A stretch of DNA of 64,000 nt from an uncultured Methylomirabilota bacterium (GTDB taxonomy: Bacteria; Methylomirabilota; Methylomirabilia; Methylomirabilales; 2-02-FULL-66-22), in the NCBI GenBank assembly GCA_963705305.1, contig OY970067.1, forward strand, positions 4,864,001-4,928,000, read 5' to 3'. Position 1 is the stretch's first letter; every line of letters begins with the position of its first letter. Under the pieces are notes generated by a model that was not told the DNA's origin, ran no database searches, and worked only from the letters and a program-made list of their open reading frames with translations. Of the stretch, positions 61,315-64,000 are shown one piece after another. The translations under genes were made by a program, and so were the position numbers.

Positions 61315-62511
61315 TCAGTGGCGATCGGAGCCGCCCGCCCCGCGGACGATGTGACGCGCTGCGCCCGAGCCCAGGAAGAACAGGTCCTGGGGGAGCACCG
61401 GGCGCTCTGGGAGCTCGAACTCCACCTCCAGCGTCTCACCCTCCCGGACGAGGGTCAGGCGGACCGTATCGCCGACCCGCAGCGGCTGCAGGGCGCGCGT
61501 GAGCTCCTCCGCGGTGGTCACGGGCTGGTCATTCACCTGCGTGAGCACATCGCCACCGAGGAGCCAGGAGTCGCCGCCGAGAACCACATCGACCCGTCCC
61601 CCCCGCACTCCGGCGTGCGCGGCCGGGCTCTCCGGCTCCACGACCTCGACGAGGAGGCCGTCCGGCACAGCGCGGCCTAGCATCTCCTTGAGGGCGGGGG
61701 TGACGAGATGGCCATCGATCCCGAGCCAGGGGCGGATGACGTGCCCGTGCGCGAGCAAGTCTGGGAGGACGCCCTTCACGAGATCGATGGGAATGGCAAA
61801 GCCGATGTTCTGGGCATTGGCCAGGATCGCCGTGGTCACCCCCACGAACTCCCCGCAGCGCGTCAGCAACGGCCCGCCCGAATGGCCCGGATTGATCGGG
61901 GCATCCGTCTGGATCACCGGCGTCGTCCAGCTGAAGGGCGTCGCGGCCTCCCGGCGGTCCAAGGCCGACACCACGCCCGTAGTCAGCGTCTGGTCGAGGC
62001 CCAGCGGGGTGCCGATGGCGAGGACGACGTCCCCCACTTGGAGAGCCCCCGACCGCCCCAGGGCCAGCGCCGGCAGCGAGCCTCGGGCGGGCCGGGGGAT
62101 GCGCACGACCGCGAGATCCAAGAGCGGATCCGTGCCGACTACCTCGCCGGGCACGGCGGTCTCGCCGACGCGGGCGACCGTGAGCGCCTGCTGCCCGAGC
62201 ACGACATGGGCATTCGTCAGCACGAGCCCGGACGCGTCGATGATCACCCCCGTCCCGACCGTGCGGCTCACCTGCCCGCTGATGTCGTAGGGGTTGAAGG
62301 CCAGCCCGCTGATCGCTACCACGGCGGGGGCGATCCGCGCGTAGATCGTGCGGACGGCAGCGGGACAGGCGCTTACCTCCGGGCGTTCCTCGCTATCTGC
62401 GTGCGGCGCGCTGGCACAGGCGACCAGGCTGATGACCACCCCCAACATGATGCCGACGGTGGAACAGCGCGGTCTTGGGACCGGATGGGTCTCAGCGGGC
62501 ACAATCGCCAT
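61315..62511 (-). CDS. HtrA/DegP-like serine protease with one PDZ domain
   Basis: TNAHVV, DLAVV, QTDAPINPGHSGGPL, RPWLGI. Confidence 0.9.
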   Translation of the reverse strand: MAIVPAETHPVPRPRCSTVGIMLGVVISLVACASAPHADSEERPEVSACPAAVRTIYARIAPAVVAISGLAFNPYDISGQVSRTVGTGVIIDASGLVLTNAHVVLGQQALTVARVGETAVPGEVVGTDPLLDLAVVRIPRPARGSLPALALGRSGALQVGDVVLAIGTPLGLDQTLTTGVVSALDRREAATPFSWTTPVIQTDAPINPGHSGGPLLTRCGEFVGVTTAILANAQNIGFAIPIDLVKGVLPDLLAHGHVIRPWLGIDGHLVTPALKEMLGRAVPDGLLVEVVEPESPAAHAGVRGGRVDVVLGGDSWLLGGDVLTQVNDQPVTTAEELTRALQPLRVGDTVRLTLVREGETLEVEFELPERPVLPQDLFFLGSGAARHIVRGAGGSDRH

Positions 62512-63009
62512 CCTTCTTTCTCCTCCCGAATGGTGCACGAATCTCTCACTGTCTTGCCGGATCGCCCGCCGATCCCGTGGGGGACGCGGGTGCCCCGTCA
62601 CACCCCTTCGCCGTCAACTCCCGGACCCCGACGGAGGGACTCTATCACACCAAGCGGTCGCGGAGAAGGCAGCCCGCGCCGGCCGCCCCAGCGGCACCAG
62701 GCCATGCCTCGGCCCGGTGAGGCGCCGCTGAAAGCAGCGATTGTCGGCGTAGCAACCCAGGACCGGGCGGGACCGGCTCTCGGCGGATTACGGCCTGGCT
62801 CCGGCTGCACGGGGGGCCTCGGCCTGCGGAGCGAGCCGCCCGGATCTGGCGGGTGGAGGGGCGGAAGGCGACGAAACGCTAGCCCAAGCGCGGCCGGCTT
62901 TCGCTCAATGAGGGTCCCTGCTCGCGGCGTCGGCCCGAGGCCCCATTCATGTCTGGGCGTATGCCAGCCTGACCGATCACACGCTCGACGGGATAGCGGT
63001 CCGGCTCCT

Positions 63010-63502
63010 CGCGGTCCTGGATGAGTGCACCCGGAAGCGCCTGGCGATCGGGGCGGCTCGCCGGCTCGCGGCCGATGATGTGCTGGCGACCCTGACCACG
63101 CCGTTCATCCAGCGCAGTGTCCCGCAGCACCTCCGCTCCGACGCCGGCCCCGAGCTCTGCGCGAAGGTCGTGCGCGGCTGGCGCCCCTGGCTGGGCATCC
63201 AGACCCTGGTCCTCCAACCCGGGAGCCCCTGGGAGACCGGCGACACGGAGTCCTGCGCCGGGAAGCTGCGAGACGAGTTCTTAGGCCGGGAGCCCTTCTT
63301 TACCCTGCAGGGGGCCGAGATCCTGGTCGAGCGGTGGCGGCAGCACTACAATACCGTGTGTCCCCACAGCGCCCTGGACTATCGGCCCCCGGCGCCCGAG
63401 GCGCGATTCTGGCCCCCACTTGCAATGTCTCACCGATCGGAGATAGAGTCACTCGTTGCCGTGCACTAACCTCGGAGTGGACCAATCAGTGGGGGCAGGC
63501 CA
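63010..63502 (+). pseudogene. IS3-family transposase 3' remnant with right end
   Basis: LRSDAGPE, PGSPWE.G..ES..GKLRDE, YN..PHSALDY; end TGGACCAATCAGTGGGGGCAGGCCA. Confidence 0.82.
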
Positions 63503-63667
63503 GCACGGGCTTTCGGGGGCTGGTAGAATAAAGAGAGATCTCTGGTCCATGCGGCATCTGTCGCAACCCTAGATCTCATCCTTTAGGGCCTTCTCGGAGA
63601 ACGTCGAGGCTATCTCATCGAACGGGATAACCCTGGCCCTACTGGGCAGGGGGAGAGAGAAGATGAC

Positions 63668-64000
63668 ATGAGCAAGACGACCATCGTGCTGGCGGATGAC
63701 CATGCCATTGTCCGCCAGGGCTTGCGGGCCGTGCTCGAGGCAACGTCGGAGTTCGCCGTCGTGGGTGAAGTGGCCGACGGACTGCAGGTCCCTGAGGTCG
63801 TGGAACGGCTGCGGCCAAACGTATTGGTTCTCGACCTGATGATGCCCGGCCTGAACGGCCTGGAGATTACCCGACAGGTCGGCAAGCGCTGCCCGCAGAC
63901 CCGGGTCGTCATCCTTTCCATGCATGCCGATGAGTCGTACGTCCTGGAGGCGCTCCGGAACGGGGCCATGGGATATGTCCTAAAGGACGCCAGCACGACT
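63668..64000 (+). CDS. NarL/FixJ family response regulator (cut by window edge)
   Basis: ADDHAIVRQGL, DLMMPGLNG, LSMH, GYVLK. Confidence 0.9.
   Translation, partial: MSKTTIVLADDHAIVRQGLRAVLEATSEFAVVGEVADGLQVPEVVERLRPNVLVLDLMMPGLNGLEITRQVGKRCPQTRVVILSMHADESYVLEALRNGAMGYVLKDASTT

Noticed and set aside
1..64000. CRISPR array
   Set aside because: No regularly spaced repeat-spacer series was seen and there are no cas genes

Overview
GC-rich bacterial chromosome segment; the gene style suggests a diderm such as Methylomirabilota/NC10, but that is only an impression. Positions 1-17.4 kb are a minus-strand housekeeping run: TPR and LolB-like lipoproteins, ispE, prs, rplY, pth, rpsF-ssb-rpsR-DUF2232-rplI-dnaB, an unusual MCE/Mla module, radA, carD and a PIN/TRAM gene. 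Positions 17.9-26.1 kb hold higBA and metabolic genes (engB, thioesterase, leuB-like, HMG-CoA lyase, kduI). From about 26.2 kb to the end the window is an accessory mosaic. Its main feature is a ~12 kb island (27.85-40.16 kb) bracketed by inverted copies of an 86-bp three-box module that occurs four times in the window and is linked to tyrosine-recombinase and tRNA remnants. The island carries SRAP, HEPN-like genes, a class III cyclase, an HNH nuclease plus 5'-nucleotidase pair, and a complete His-Xaa-Ser radical-SAM RiPP-like cluster (precursor with six HxS triplets, two HxsD-like proteins, HxsB, HxsC). Also present are intact IS1380 and IS21 elements, IS3 remnants, three MITE-like families, a hidden frameshifted collagen-like ORF and two homologous nuclease 3'-end remnants. 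Several single-base frameshifts in conserved genes suggest assembly indels.
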